Part shown: positions 37,242 through 49,603 of the stretch, one piece after another | How positions within the stretch are numbered: position 1 is the first letter of the stretch | Layout of the letters: each line of letters begins with the position of its first letter | Notes under the pieces: generated by a model | Databases searched by the model: none | The model's input: only the letters and a program-made list of their open reading frames with translations | Told to the model about the DNA's origin: nothing | Source of the DNA: Ramazzottius varieornatus | Taxonomy: Eukaryota; Animalia; Tardigrada | DNA: 64,000 bases | Reading direction: 5' to 3' | NCBI GenBank assembly: GCA_001949185.1 | Contig: BDGG01000004.1 | Location: forward strand, 4,063,777 to 4,127,776 | Position numbers and translations under genes: made by a program

Positions 37242-39163
37242 ATGGATTCGGATTACGAAGGCTGTCATGAAGAAGCGTGTCACGAGAGCTCTGGCGTCTC
37301 ACTGAGGAGTCCGGATGGATGGACTTGTGGAGGATTTGTCCCGCTAAAGTCGAACGAGTATGTGCTCTCTGATGTTCACCTGCTCTGCGAAGAGGACGCA
37401 GCTGGTGATTCCGACTGTAGGTATTAGGCAGCAGTTCCAGCTAGTGGAATAGTCAATAGTGCCGATGGGTTGTATCGTCTTTCCTCGTTGCAGTTGTTAC
37501 GTCGCGGTTTGTGTTCACTGTCCCATCAAGACCATCCTTCCCTTCCGCATGGGTGGTTTCTTGCAACCTCTCTCCTTCGCCTACCGTGAGTGAGGAAGGG
37601 TTTGGAAGCGCGAATGATGTAGACGATGACGGTGATTGTGATATACGCCGAGAAACTCCAGCTCGGGAAGTGATCGTGATCGGTATGTCGCTGAACAGTA
37701 ATAACTTATTTCTCCATAATCATTAGTGAAACCAAACTGATTTCAAGCTGCTGCTAAAGACTGCTTCTACACAGAGGGTTAGCTCGGGCTGTGTGTTCGA
37801 CCTTCTGTTGGATCGGTATCAGTGTCAGGTGGTGCAGTTTATCTTCTGGATAGAGGCGAACCCGGAAGCGCACTGATTTTTACGATAGCACGAACTAGCC
37901 GTTAAAACTGCTTCCCATCTTTTCATCTTCTTTAGAACACAAGCGAAGTACCGTGCTCGAGGATGTGGGAAGTCAAGTAAGTTCTCCGCTCATCGTTTCT
38001 ATTCGTGCAGATTTCACAAACTTCGAGCCACGGGCTAAGGAAGAAACTCCACCATCAGTCCTGCTTGTGGCGGATGTTTCGATAAACGCGCAAAGTGTAT
38101 CCTTGTCGTTGCAGGTATGGAGAGGTGCTTTGTACCTGAGCGACTTTATTCTTGATCGCCCAGAAATATTTCGCGGTCGCGTAGTTTTGGAGCTGGGAGT
38201 GGGTGTGGGGCTGACGCTATCTGTGCTTCAGTACGCAGGATGCCGCTGTGTTTTTGGAACTGGTAGGCCCAACATACGGATCCAACCTACCTAGTCACAT
38301 ATACGCATGTGAGAAGATCTGTGTCGTTTAATGCAGACTATTCGGAACACATCCTCGAGCAGTGCCAATTAAATGTAGATCGTAACAGCCAGCTGCTACC
38401 TCGGTGCATCGCACTACCGAGGAAGGAATGTCCCAGATCGGACGTCAGGATACGGATATTGGACTGGTGTTCCAAGGAGACACTACCCGGTTACCGAACG
38501 AGCAGACTTTTCGAATCAACAAAATTTAACCTAGAGAACAGCAAGTTCAGGTGGAGTCCCGAAGACCTTCTTCTGCTACAGAACGACTGTGTGATCGTTG
38601 CTGCCGATGGTACGTTGTGTCTTCGCAGTATTCATTATGCTCTCAGTAATAGTTTGCATGTTCTTTGTAGTGATATATTCGGACTCTCTGACCGATGCTT
38701 TTTTCGACACATTGCTTCGACTGCTCGGTCTTGTGGAAGTTGCGCAGCTGACGGTTTACATAGCGCTGGAGAAAAGGTGCTTACATTATAGAATGTAATA
38801 CCGAATGCCGATCAAGATTTCGAAGGCTGACACTTACGCAGTATCTCATTAGTGGTATGATCTAGGATTAACTTCACGATGGCAGAAATGGCTGCTTGTG
38901 CACCTTCATATCAGTATTTTCTTCGGTGCCTGGAGAAGTTTTCGGCCCGGAGCGCGGGTAAAGACGGACCCTTTCTTCCCGCTGAGATGGTTGCAACCGG
39001 CGCGGACTCGGGTATCAAGCAGTATTTCCAGTATGAACGAGTGCCTGAACTGGTACGCTGAATTTGCCTTCTAACAGATTAGTTCACAGGATGTTACGAG
39101 TACTCGTAATGATGGGCTGCGCTGCTGCAGGAAATGTGGAAACTCACGGTCGAAAGGCGGTAA
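37242..39163 (+). CDS. METTL22: Methyltransferase-like protein 22 (seven-beta-strand lysine methyltransferase), multi-exon
   Basis: 'VLSDVHL', 'DDDGDCDIRR', 'EHKRSTVLEDVGSQ|VWRGALYLSDFIL', 'VVLELGVGVG', 'VAAD|VIYSDSLTDAFF', 'YIALEK|RINFT', 'QYFQYER'. Confidence 0.88.
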
Positions 39164-39417
39164 AGCTCTCCGAAACTCATCGGGCTCTGTGACCATCAAG
39201 AAACCCGGAACCAGCTTCAAGAGACGAACAGCACCTGAAGTCCGTTCATTGCTCTTTCATCCTACGAACGAAATAGTTGCGTGTAACAAAATATCGAGAT
39301 CCAGTTCTCGGTTGCTGCAGAGTAACTTAGCGACGTTGTGAGGAAAGGCAGGCAACCTGCTTCTTTGCGGAACGTCTTTAGGCGTTTCTCTTCTTCCGTG
39401 TGTGCCTCGGGTCTATT

Positions 39418-39932
39418 ATGGTAGGTGGTTTGAAACGATGATCGTAACAGGACAGCTTGTTTTATGCACTTTTACGTCGTTCTAGGGAGAAGTCGAAGAA
39501 AACTTGAAGAAGCTCATTGCTATGAAGGGGGTGACAGCTGTGCTGGTTATGACATCTGACGGTAAGTTTCGCCGTCTTCCTGCTCCAGTCTAAAGGACTT
39601 GTTTCCGTATTCCTGCGCGCCAACGGACTTTCTGGTTTTTAGGAGCTGTCATAAGAACGACCATGGAACCAGGTCAAGCAGTGCACTACGCTGCAATGTA
39701 TGCGCCTTTAGTCCAGGAATCGCGCATTGCCGTCACGGAGCTCGGTGGAAATAGTCTAAAAACTATTCGGCTACGGACGACCAAGCACGAGGTCGTCATC
39801 ATTCCCGGTAAAAAAGCGTTCTACCCTAAGCTACAAGCAAATCCTACTGTGTTTTTCTTCACTATTTGTTTAGGTGCCAAATACAGTTTCTTACTACTCC
39901 AGCAACCCGATGCGTCATTTGATACCACGTAA
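39418..39932 (+). CDS. DYNLRB1: Dynein light chain roadblock-type (exons 39418-39420, 39486-39561, 39643-39807, 39874-39932)
   Basis: M|GEVEENLKKLIAMKGV..., 'IRTTM', 'LKTIRLRTTKHEVVIIP', 'YSFLLLQQP'; ATG-only first coding exon. Confidence 0.85.
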
Positions 39933-40060
39933 TGCGGCCGCGAGTACATAGTCTTCTCTCTATTGCCTCTGTTCGACTAAAAAATTTTCAGCGTGTAAAA
40001 AAGACGGTAAAAAAGGTACAAACCGGAAGGATGATGGTCGTTAGTCAGTATAGAACAAAA

Positions 40061-42475
40061 TTACTGGTCGGATTTCTTTCCCATTCTGGCAGATGGCGTC
40101 TGGCTGTCTTGCAGCACCGCCAGCTGGAATACGGGCAAGCATAGCTTAAAAGCGTCCTGGATGTAGCGAGTGCTGTTGGAGGCTTCCACGAACATGTCGG
40201 TAACTTCAGAGCTGGTTTGTGTCTTGTTGCCAGTCTTTGCCTGAGCTAATGTAAGGCAGGTAGCATGAGCACTGGCTATCCTCTCCAGTTGCCCACAGAA
40301 CTCACAAATGATGGAGTTCATGACTCCTACTCTCATAAGCAGAAGGTCGTCAGACTTGGCGCGCTGACTAGTGAGAAACACCATCTCGGTCATTTTCCGT
40401 AGCTGCTCCAGAGACTTTGCTGTACAGGCTGCCAAGGTTCTTACTGAAAAAAGCAAGGTCTCAAAAAAAGACATTTTAGCGTTCGGGGACTCGGAAAACA
40501 CTCAACAAGATGGTTTTTCCAAGTGGCTCACGCTTTCACTCTAATTGGCTGGAGGCATGCGCCACTTGGACAAACCATCTTGGTCAGTGTCTTTGTCGAG
40601 CTCCCATGTTATTCATTTTACGTACTTCCGTGTTTGTGGACACTTTTCCTCCATATGTCCACCCCGAGCTTCTCCGGTGCCGAATTAGCTTGCAAAAACT
40701 CGTTAGAACTACCGTAGAGGTGCAGCAAAGCGTGGGGTTCAGGAAGGTCGATCTTCATTTCCTTGTAGTTATGTCGGATGAACTCGGATGGGTCTTCCTT
40801 CTGCGGGAAGTCGTCGTCGTCGGTCATTTGACAGAGCGCTTCTAGACGGTCAAGGAAAGAACGTTTGAGGCTTCTCGCACTGGCCATGTCCGGCGATTCG
40901 ATTTGCTGTTGGCATGTACTACTCAGCATTTCAAGGGCTTCCCACGATCCAGTTCCTTGTTCTTCCTCGAAGAACTTGACGAAAGACACGGTGTCGTCAG
41001 TCTTCGAACTGCACGGCGACTGCTTGTCCCCGGTAGCGTGCTCAGTGGACTTCGCTTCTCGTAGTACCTATCACTGAAGAATGAGCACGAAAGAAACAGA
41101 ATAGGGTGGAGTACCAACGTACCTGCGATAAGTTGGGCTGGTTCAGCTTGCCGCTCAGCGCCGCTTTCGTCTGTCTCAGACCGGGATCTTTGTCACTGAC
41201 GACCTCCATTGTTTTCTTGCCAAGACCTTCCAACGCATCCAGGCCTGTTGCGACCAGCGTAACCCCACTCGTCTGAACTTTACTCGTGATGGTTGAAAGC
41301 AGGCCTTTAATGTCGTAGTCCGAAGCTGACTCCGCAACTGGGCTCTTTACAGCGCTTTCTTCCTGTACATGCTGAAAACAAGTTAGCATTGCGTCAGGTG
41401 TGCGATAAAACTCGAGCCCGGACATGGCAATAGAGTACCTCGACTTCTTTTTCCGTTTTCTGCTTCACAGCCAAGTCTTCCGGTTTCGGGACGCCCAGAG
41501 TCTGTTCAACCGTTTCAAACACATTGTTGATGCCTCGGCCGACTTCACTTGTCAAAGTCGAAACGGAAGACGTGGCAGTGGACAGTAATGACGAACCCCA
41601 GCTTCCCCAGTTACTCCACCGGTCTGTCTTCGTCAAAAGCTCTGCTTCCCTGGACGTAGTTGACCCTTTAGGGGTTTCAGTGCTTTTTCTGGCGTCCTTC
41701 GAATCATCGCTTTTATCAAGCCTCGAGCTATTCACCATCGCTTCCCTTCCAGACGATGCATTTTGCACCAATGCAGCCTCGATATGCTCATCTGCAATCT
41801 CTTCAACGTCCCAACCATCTTCCCATCCGTCTTTGGCAGCGGACTGATGCAAAGTGTTCCCAGTGTCATTTGTGGATGGGGTTTCTTTGCGAAGAGCACG
41901 GTAGTGGAGGTAATCCCGAACGTCGGCTACCTTACTCGTTATCCCTTCTGGTCTATCCGAGGCTTTGACAGAACTTTCTGGTTTCGCAGGATTGCTCTGG
42001 CTTTCGAGCCCATTTTGCTGCCTGCTTGTCACAGGTGGCTTGACACGATTTCCGCGCACTTCCGGTCCGCTTAGACAGGCGTCCTCGATTTCGTCTTCCG
42101 CTAAACCACCCTCATCCCAACCTGTGCACGACGTGCTTGAATCTTCGGTTTTGGCTAAATGAGCTACAGCTTTCGTTGTCGTTAGTACTGGCGTTCCGTA
42201 AACAAGACTAAAGAGTAAAGAGGTTGTCGGTATAGCTGCAGCATATGGGTGTTTTATACGAACACATATATGAAATTAACATACCTCGGCAGGATTCCCG
42301 ATTTGGCATCCTTTCCAGCTGCCATGTTCGTTACCACCGCTTGCTCCGCGCGTAATTCTATTGGCGCTAACTGCAGGCGCTGCAGCTCATCGGTAGCATT
42401 AGCATCACGATTTGCCAGCGACTCATCTGAGTCGTCTTCGACACTGTGAAAGCTATCCGAGTCTGATTCCGACAT
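40061..42475 (-). CDS. FAM114A2: FAM114A (Noxp20-like) protein, multi-exon
   Basis: 'MSESDSDSFHS', 'WGSWGSSLLSTATSSVSTL', 'GLDALEGLGKKTMEVVSDKDPG', 'FEEEQG...EALEMLS', 'EASNSTRYIQDAFKL'. Confidence 0.88.
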
Positions 42476-42815
42476 CGTAGGGAATTCTGGCCGGGTTATA
42501 GGCGAATCAGGTGGACGACTAAGGATCCCAACGCGAAGCAAAGATCCAAAGCTCCTCACGCTTGCGAAGCTGCATCCGCCATTCTTGAACTAGAACTAGA
42601 AACCGATCCTGAACTAAAACCTAAGAAAATCGAGAAGTCGCGACTCACGATTCACGGAAGGAAGAATGAAGATTTACACGTCAACAAATCCGGAACTACA
42701 TGACAATGATGACATACTAGAGCTGTCAAAAACCAGACCAGACCATCTGGAAAGTGGTTTATATGGTTTATGTGGTTCGTGGTTTAACATCCAAACCGAA
42801 ACACCTCAAACCATA

Positions 42816-44607
42816 CTTTAAAGTGCCGATCATCTCGCGGACGTTTCGGACCCGGGTGGTACATTTATGCGTGGCGAAAAACACAGAAATTCAAGTACAG
42901 CTGTAAATCAATAAGATAGGCCATGTATGCTACGTCATATCTTCGGAATCAACTTGCACCGCATCGGTTTCAATATCAGACTCCACAAAAGAGCTTTCGT
43001 TGTTGAAACTTACGTCCAGATCGCTATCCGGCTCCTCAACAACCTCTCCTACGGAAAACTTGCTCTGGTTAGGCAGAGATTCTTAACGTCGTAAAACTTC
43101 AGAAGCGTAGAAAGACTTCCGCACGGTATCTTCGGTAACTTTATCCCATCGACTCAGAAATGAACTGTACGAAATCGTTCTTTCCTGGCTTTCGCAGATT
43201 TTCACTTTTGGTGAAGCCGATGTTGTTCTTCCGCCAGGAGCGATACGAAGCCCTGAAGTAGTCTTTGAAACATTTGTTCACGCTCACGTCAAATGGCTGC
43301 TACTTACCAGTGACTCCACCAGGTATGATGATCTGTTGTATGTTACGATCATCGAGCATACCCTAACTCTGCGGACATTTGTGAACTGAATGGCTGTCTC
43401 TCACTAACACCGTAAACTCTTGATTCATGGGAAACATTTTCTCAATATATTTTCTGTCATGATCCTCATTCCACCAAACACTCCACGCACTCTTGATAAT
43501 GAAATTCGAAGGAGCTTTCAACTTCACCATAAAATTGTCTGACAACTTGCCACTCTCAGCCGCAGTTTTGAAGACAATTTCCGTCGGGAATCTTCTGCCG
43601 TCAACACCGATCGTCAAATTGATCGTGAACCCTTCTTTTTCGCCTGGAGGATGCTTGACAGACACCTACGATTCCGACATCAAAAATTCGAAATTAGTTG
43701 AGACTCCACTAAGTTCCAAGCATGATCTTACATCATTCACTCCCTTGGGCGATACAGTTTCCTTCCCCGGCGACACTGGTCGAATCATTGTCTGATACAT
43801 GTTGAGGATACGATTTTTGGGAGTCTGGCGAGCGTAGATGTGTTCCTCGATCAACAGGAAGGAATTCTCGTGATTTATCTGAAAACAGCATAGTTTCAAT
43901 TGCCACGGAGCGCACGTCTTGAGACGATGGTGTACCATAGCGCAGAATGGAGGCACTTTGGTAAGCCGTACAGGACAAACATCAACATTAACATAGAAAC
44001 AAGGGTTTTCTTGCTTACGATATCGTCTGCTGTGAACGACATCTTGCGTCAAATTTTTGTGATTCTCCGGTACACAAGACAGAAACGCTTGCGGGAGTCG
44101 AGGACCCATCGATTAGAATGATCTCGGTTAACTATTTCTAATCCGTTTTCTTGAATATCGCAGTTCAGGACTTCCAGCTGCTCGTCGCGTTGTGACAAGA
44201 CGTTAAGGTAAACCTCCTTCTCCATATCAAGGAAACGTTCTTGTCGCTTACTCTTCATCGCCGGTGGACCGGCAGGCCTATTCATACGTCTCAGATTTAA
44301 GGTTTACTCGATGCAGTAGAGGAGCAAAATCTACAAATTGATGAGGTGAGGATCATACTCACTTCTTGAGCCAACTGTGTAACGTAGCCTCTGGAATATT
44401 TTTCAGGAATGCAAATTGACGAATGGATATTCCCTTGAGACGTTTCTCTACGTGATACTCATCGACTCGCCGTCATTTCTCGTCCGCACAATAGCGGTTC
44501 TGCGGTCGTCCCGTACATCAGCTGTACAGTGACCCGCTAACCTACACCCGGTGCATGTAAATGCTAACCAGGTCCGAAACGTCCGCGAGATGATCGGCAC
44601 TTTAAAG
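42816..44607 (-). mobile_element. pogo/Tigger-like DNA transposon with decayed transposase
   Basis: ~37-bp TIRs CTTTAAAGTGCCGATCATCTCGCGGACGTTTCGGACC, TA TSD; CENP-B-type HTH ('LDMEKEVY...SNRWVLDSRKRF') and DDE_1 motifs ('IVFK', 'RDSHSVH', 'IIPGGVTGK*QPFDVSVNKCFK') broken by stops and frameshifts. Confidence 0.9.
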
Positions 44608-44727
44608 TACCGCATCTCAAACCAAACCACTCAAACCGGTTTCGATCACGCGCAAAACCATATAAACCAGTGGTTTATGCGGCTTAATGTGGTTTGGGGT
44701 AAGGGCAGACGAAATTCGTCGGAACTG

Positions 44728-44777
44728 NNNNNNNNNNNNNNNNNNNNNNNNNNNNNNNNNNNNNNNNNNNNNNNNNN
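44728..44777. other. Assembly gap (50 N)
   Basis: Continuous N bases. Confidence 1.
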
Positions 44778-45078
44778 CAGTGCTGTACAGCATTGCTCGT
44801 GGAAAAAGGATTGTACTGCCGCCTTGCTTACGACGGTGCCTTTACAATTCCGGCACTTAGAGAAACCAGCAACTGTGGCTCATTTTTTTGTCCTCGGTGG
44901 TTATTTTAGTTGTTTTTTCAAGTGAAGAAAACTGGAACAATTTACTGATGATCGAAAAGTTGCTCGCAAACCGGTTCAAAACGGCGGTTTATGTGGTTTG
45001 GTTTGAGTGGTCTGGTTTTAAATTTAGACAAAACCACTTGTGGTGGTTTGTGGGAGAAACCATTTTTATCTAAGTTAG

Positions 45079-48000
45079 TAAGGTTGTAAATTCCTAGTCA
45101 AAGGTCCTTGGAATGGAAAACAGGAAAGGAATTCCTAATATTCCTATATCCCTTTTCCAAAATTCAGCGGCCAAATTTAGGAATTCCGAGGACGCCAGTT
45201 TTCATCACATATAGATGGAACCATACAGATTCCAGAATGCACTACGAGATCATCAATTACAGATCTAGAGCTGATAGTTTTCAAAGAAAAGTCTCTACCG
45301 GCTTCCACGACGTAACATTTGACAGGCCTGGTCAAGCAACGCAAATGATCAGTTCTCAGAATAAAAACTAAACTGCAACCGTATAACCGAACAAGTGTTT
45401 CAGAGTACGGAAACCAGGCGAAACCTCTATCATTGCTACCTCTTCGGCATCATCTGCGTCAACTTCCGCGTCTTTCTCCATTATCTCGGCCATGAACTCA
45501 TCGAACTCGATGGCTGGTACATGTGAATCCACTGAGAGCGTGGGTTCTGCGACAGGTCCTGCGGTCTGAAGGACGTTTTGCACATCGTCCTTGGGCTTGG
45601 CTTTCTCGTTTGCTTTGCAAACAAGGTAAAAGCGACAATTAAAGATTACTTGAAGATCGTAACAGTCATGCTCAGTTTTCTTGTATTGAAATTTTCGTCA
45701 CTTAGGTGAAACGCGGTTTCTGGATAAAATAAACATGAGTGTTACACTCTTCAAGTAAGCTCACTTTTACCTTGAATTGCTTTCTACTTCAGTTCTCCCT
45801 GGAGCTGCATCTTTACGACACATATTCCTGTTACCAGGTCGACCTTCAGCAGATTGCGTGCATCTGTATGCACACCCTTCATGCGACTCCACAGTCTTTC
45901 TACTCCAGCAGCGTGCGGGGATACTTTAAGGAGCAAGTCTGAAAGCTCAGTATGTTCGGTTCGGACGTAAGACCAAAAGTCGAGAGACTTCTTAAACTGC
46001 GAAGTGTAGTGATCTTCGAACATGTTTGTGTTGTTTGCGTACTGGAGAAGGGAGGGCAGGAGCGACCTGGGGTCTCTCTTGAAGCACCTCTTGTACAAGT
46101 CTGTACACCACGTCCCAATCACACCGTTGTGAAGCTTTGACGGATCAGCCTGGAGAATGCCGTAGTGCTACCACATTATCTCGCACTCAACCACGTAAAC
46201 AGTAAATGATGCCCGAGTGAGAGTCATCGTGGCCGCAGTGATAACATCTAATCATACTGGGTAGCGATGACTTATCATATGGTTAAGTGCGCGATAACTT
46301 GGTAGCACTGCAGTACAATCAAAATTCAGATTTAAAATGTAAAGTTGTCTGTTCACAGACTGATGGTATTAAAAAGACCTGGAATCACATACCCGAAACT
46401 TGGTGAGCTTGACGTGGGGATGCAAAAACATGGCTACCACCATTAGTTCGGGTTCGTAAAATCACTTCCAGCGTCGTTCCAGCTTCTCAAGCAGAATTGA
46501 GCGTTCGCTTGCCACAGAGTGCTCGAGAAAGGAACTGTAGATGTCGGCCAGTCATACACCAATATCAGCGAGTGTACAGTCGACACTTTCTGCTTTTGCC
46601 GGGGCATCGACCAGTGGACGCAGAAGGGCCAGCACGTCTTTCAGGGAATCCCAGAACTTACTGCTTCCAATGGCAGCCTTTGTGTCTCCGGGAAGGTAGT
46701 CCTCGTTGTCTCGGAACTTGACTGCGTAACTCTGAAATCAGAAACCCATACAGTAGGGTATTACCCATAAGAGACAACTACATCGCCATATAGAATGGTA
46801 AGTCGTGAATTACCTGTAGTGCCATGGATGACTTCTGTACGTTGAGGAAACTGAAGTGATACGAGTACCATCGAGTGTGAGTTGGTCTTGGAAGTGAAAT
46901 GGATTTACTGTACAAAACTTCATGCAGCTTGAAGAGTCTTCTTAATGACTGATTGCTCACGCCAAACCAACTGATGATGGAAAGAGCGCATTTACAGATT
47001 GCAGGGAACTTCGGAAGGAACTTGAGGACCTCTTGGAATATCAGATTGATCTGATGGGCACTACACGGAAGAGATATGATTTCCGGATGAAGCGTTTTCA
47101 GGTCGGTTCTGGCTTTGCGGTGAGCCCCGTCTGAATCACATGTCACCGCTTGGATTATTCCGTTGTGCTCGGTCCTCATGATCGCCAGAGCACTTTCAAC
47201 TTGCTCAATGACATAGTCGCCCGTATAACTAACGCCTGTAACATTCTCGATTTTGCCAAAGATGTGGTTCTCGGTGCCATTTTCTGTACGAATGACGGCG
47301 ACAAAACCTGCAGCGAAACACGCAATATCTACAAAATAAAAACGCGATAAAAACTTCCGTAGAAGTTCTACATAAGTTTTAGCGTCTTACCGAGCAGCTT
47401 ATTCTTGGACGTTCTTGAAGCTATCGAAGGTTAACGTCACAGTTGGCTGCCAACTGAATACTGTGTCGATCTCGGAAACAGCTTCCGATATTCTATCCCT
47501 GACTATCCGTTGGGAGAAAGTAATACGGTTCGGAAGCTTGACACTGGGTCGGAGAAATTTAATGAGTACCATGAACGATTCATTTTCAACAGATCTGTAA
47601 TACGGGAACCAACAAAAATTAGTCTCATTTTACACAGATATCGAGCGTAATCTAAGAACCACATCGCGTAAGCTTTTACCTGAATGACATATTACAGTCG
47701 AGGAAGGCATTGGCAAGCAATCTTTCGAACTGGGACTTTTCGGAAGTCGTGAGAGGACGGTCGACAAAGCCCATAAGGCTTCCTTGCGTGGTTGCGCGTT
47801 TCAGCCTTGCCTTCAGCGGCTCCTTCCCAGACGTAGGTTGTTCAGTGTCCAGAGCTCTATAAGGTTTTTTGACAGGCTGCGGTACATGAACACATCCCAG
47901 CACGTGCTCGACAAGGTGCGACCGTTCTCCACGTAGCTCCAAGACTTTGGCGCTGGCTTTCACGCAAAACTTGCACGTCGCGACTCGATGATTCGGTTTC

Positions 48001-48497
48001 TTGTACTATCCCTCGCCGCGCTCGAAATGTTCCCAAACGTCCAGCCTACTGGCCATCGTTCTCTTCTGCAGTCCGGGTTCAGGGAGTGGTAACTCGTCGT
48101 CCGAAGAATCCATAGCACTATGATATTGCTGTGGAAGGAACTTAGAAGGCTGGAAGAAAAAGTTCTATGGAAAAGAAATTTTTCAGCGCGAGAACGCCCC
48201 TGGGGTAACAGCTGTGTCATGCGGGCACCCTTCAGTTGCGTTCGGTACGTCTGCTGGAACCCATCGAGGGTTGTATCCAGGCTATGTACACCGGTGGAAC
48301 CATTTATTTCGGTTTGGTTACAGTCAAAGATGGAATTCTTATAGAAAACTAGGAATTCCACGTGTTATTTTCCAGCTCAATCCAGTATTCCAAATTTGGA
48401 ATTCCATCGTTCCAAATTCTCGCGGCATGGAACGGAAAGGAATTCCAGGAATGGAACGGAATTTGGAAAGGAATGGAATTAGGAATTTACAACCTCA
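45079..48497 (-). mobile_element. hAT-family DNA transposon (BED finger + DUF659-like + hATC)
   Basis: TIRs TAAGGTTGTAAATTCCTA / TAGGAATTTACAACCTCA; GGAAT-rich subterminal repeats at both ends; no clean TSD. Confidence 0.82.
45368..48056 (-). pseudogene. Intron-containing hAT transposase pseudogene
   Basis: BED finger 'VWEHF...TCKFC...HLVEHVLGC', 'TLTFDSF', 'VTCDSDG', 'CSAHQINL', 'TRWYS', 'AGVERLWS'; premature TAG in the BED exon, two TGA near 46.5 kb, frameshift near 47400. Confidence 0.88.
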
Positions 48498-48579
48498 CAT
48501 CTAATCGGTTTGGCATGCAAACCACCACTTAAATCAAACCATATGGTTCAAACCATTAACTGCTCTATGACATACACTT

Positions 48580-49603
48580 CGTGAGTGAGAAATTGGGAAG
48601 CTTGCCGATTTCTCACCAATCAAGAACAGTATGGTTGATTGGCGGTAGCATGGTACAAGGGGAACGGTTCTTGGGTGCCGTCAGTGCCGTCAGTGCCGTC
48701 AGTGCCGAGCGGTTCTTGGATGTATGCGTGGTTGATTCTGCGTTTGATTGAGTCTGGTGGGCTTACTGTTTTGGAAGTTCATAAGCAAAATTTCGTTTAT
48801 TGACTGAGTGGAATTCTGCAGATTGCCAGATTCAACTACCCAATTTTTCCGACTAAATCTGCAGTTTTCAAAGAACTATGACCACCAGAACTGATTCGCA
48901 AAATTTTCAGGTTTGCAAAAACGATAAGGCATAATATATGGTATGGCAAATGCACAGGCACGCTCCGGCAAGCGTAACCCAATCTAATTATCTGGACTCC
49001 GCAGGACTGAATTACTAGATCGTCGATGGAAGATGCATGCCTCAATTCTGCGCTGCTTCGCTTGAAAAATTAATCCACATCCAACCGTGAAAACACCTTT
49101 GATTACTATTCTTCGAAAAGAAAAAGATAGCCATACCAGGAAAGGCCCAATACGACTTCGCAAGTTTACCCAAATGTCATCACGGTTCTGCCGAAATAGT
49201 GCTTGAACTTTCATTTATTCTTTTCTGTATCCGCATAGAACGTCGAAGTTTGTGCAGTTCGTCCAGGACTCTGGCGAACCAAGGGTTGTTTGGGCTCTTG
49301 ATCCGGTGCTAATCTGCAGAAAAACCACGAGAGCGAAATAGGCAGTGCGTGATAAAAATCGAGGTCAGGTAGGCTGGTTCAGTGGAGAGTAACTCATGCA
49401 AAAAGCTCACATATCTGCTTATTTCCGGAACAATTTCAAGTGCCCTTTTCTTTCCGGAAGAACTAGCTTGGAAAGGGAAGTCACCATGGGCAATTAGCCA
49501 AACCCTTTTTGGGATGGACATAGTATATACACATCCCGCTACAAGTTAACTTCTATTCACATTGACTGATGAGAAATTCGTCAGCTTCCCAATTTCTCAC
49601 ACG
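48580..49603. mobile_element. Non-autonomous TIR element (~1 kb), superfamily unresolved
   Basis: Inverted repeats GTGAGAAATTGGGAAGCT...TTCTCACCAATCAA / TTGACTGATGAGAA...AGCTTCCCAATTTCTCAC; internal 9-bp tandem (GTGCCGTCA) at ~48675-48707; TSD not clear. Confidence 0.65.

Larger units (their letters stand above)
42718..48567. mobile_element. hAT-type non-autonomous shell element carrying two nested transposons
   Basis: TIRs TAGAGCTGTCAA / TTAACTGCTCTA; exact 8-bp TSD TGACATAC (42710-42717 and 48568-48575); AAACCA/TGGTTT subterminal arrays. Confidence 0.85.

Noticed and set aside
42730-45070. AAACCA/TGGTTT arrays as telomeric repeats or a CRISPR-like array
   Set aside because: Irregular, in mixed orientation and confined within TIR/TSD boundaries; better explained as hAT subterminal repeats
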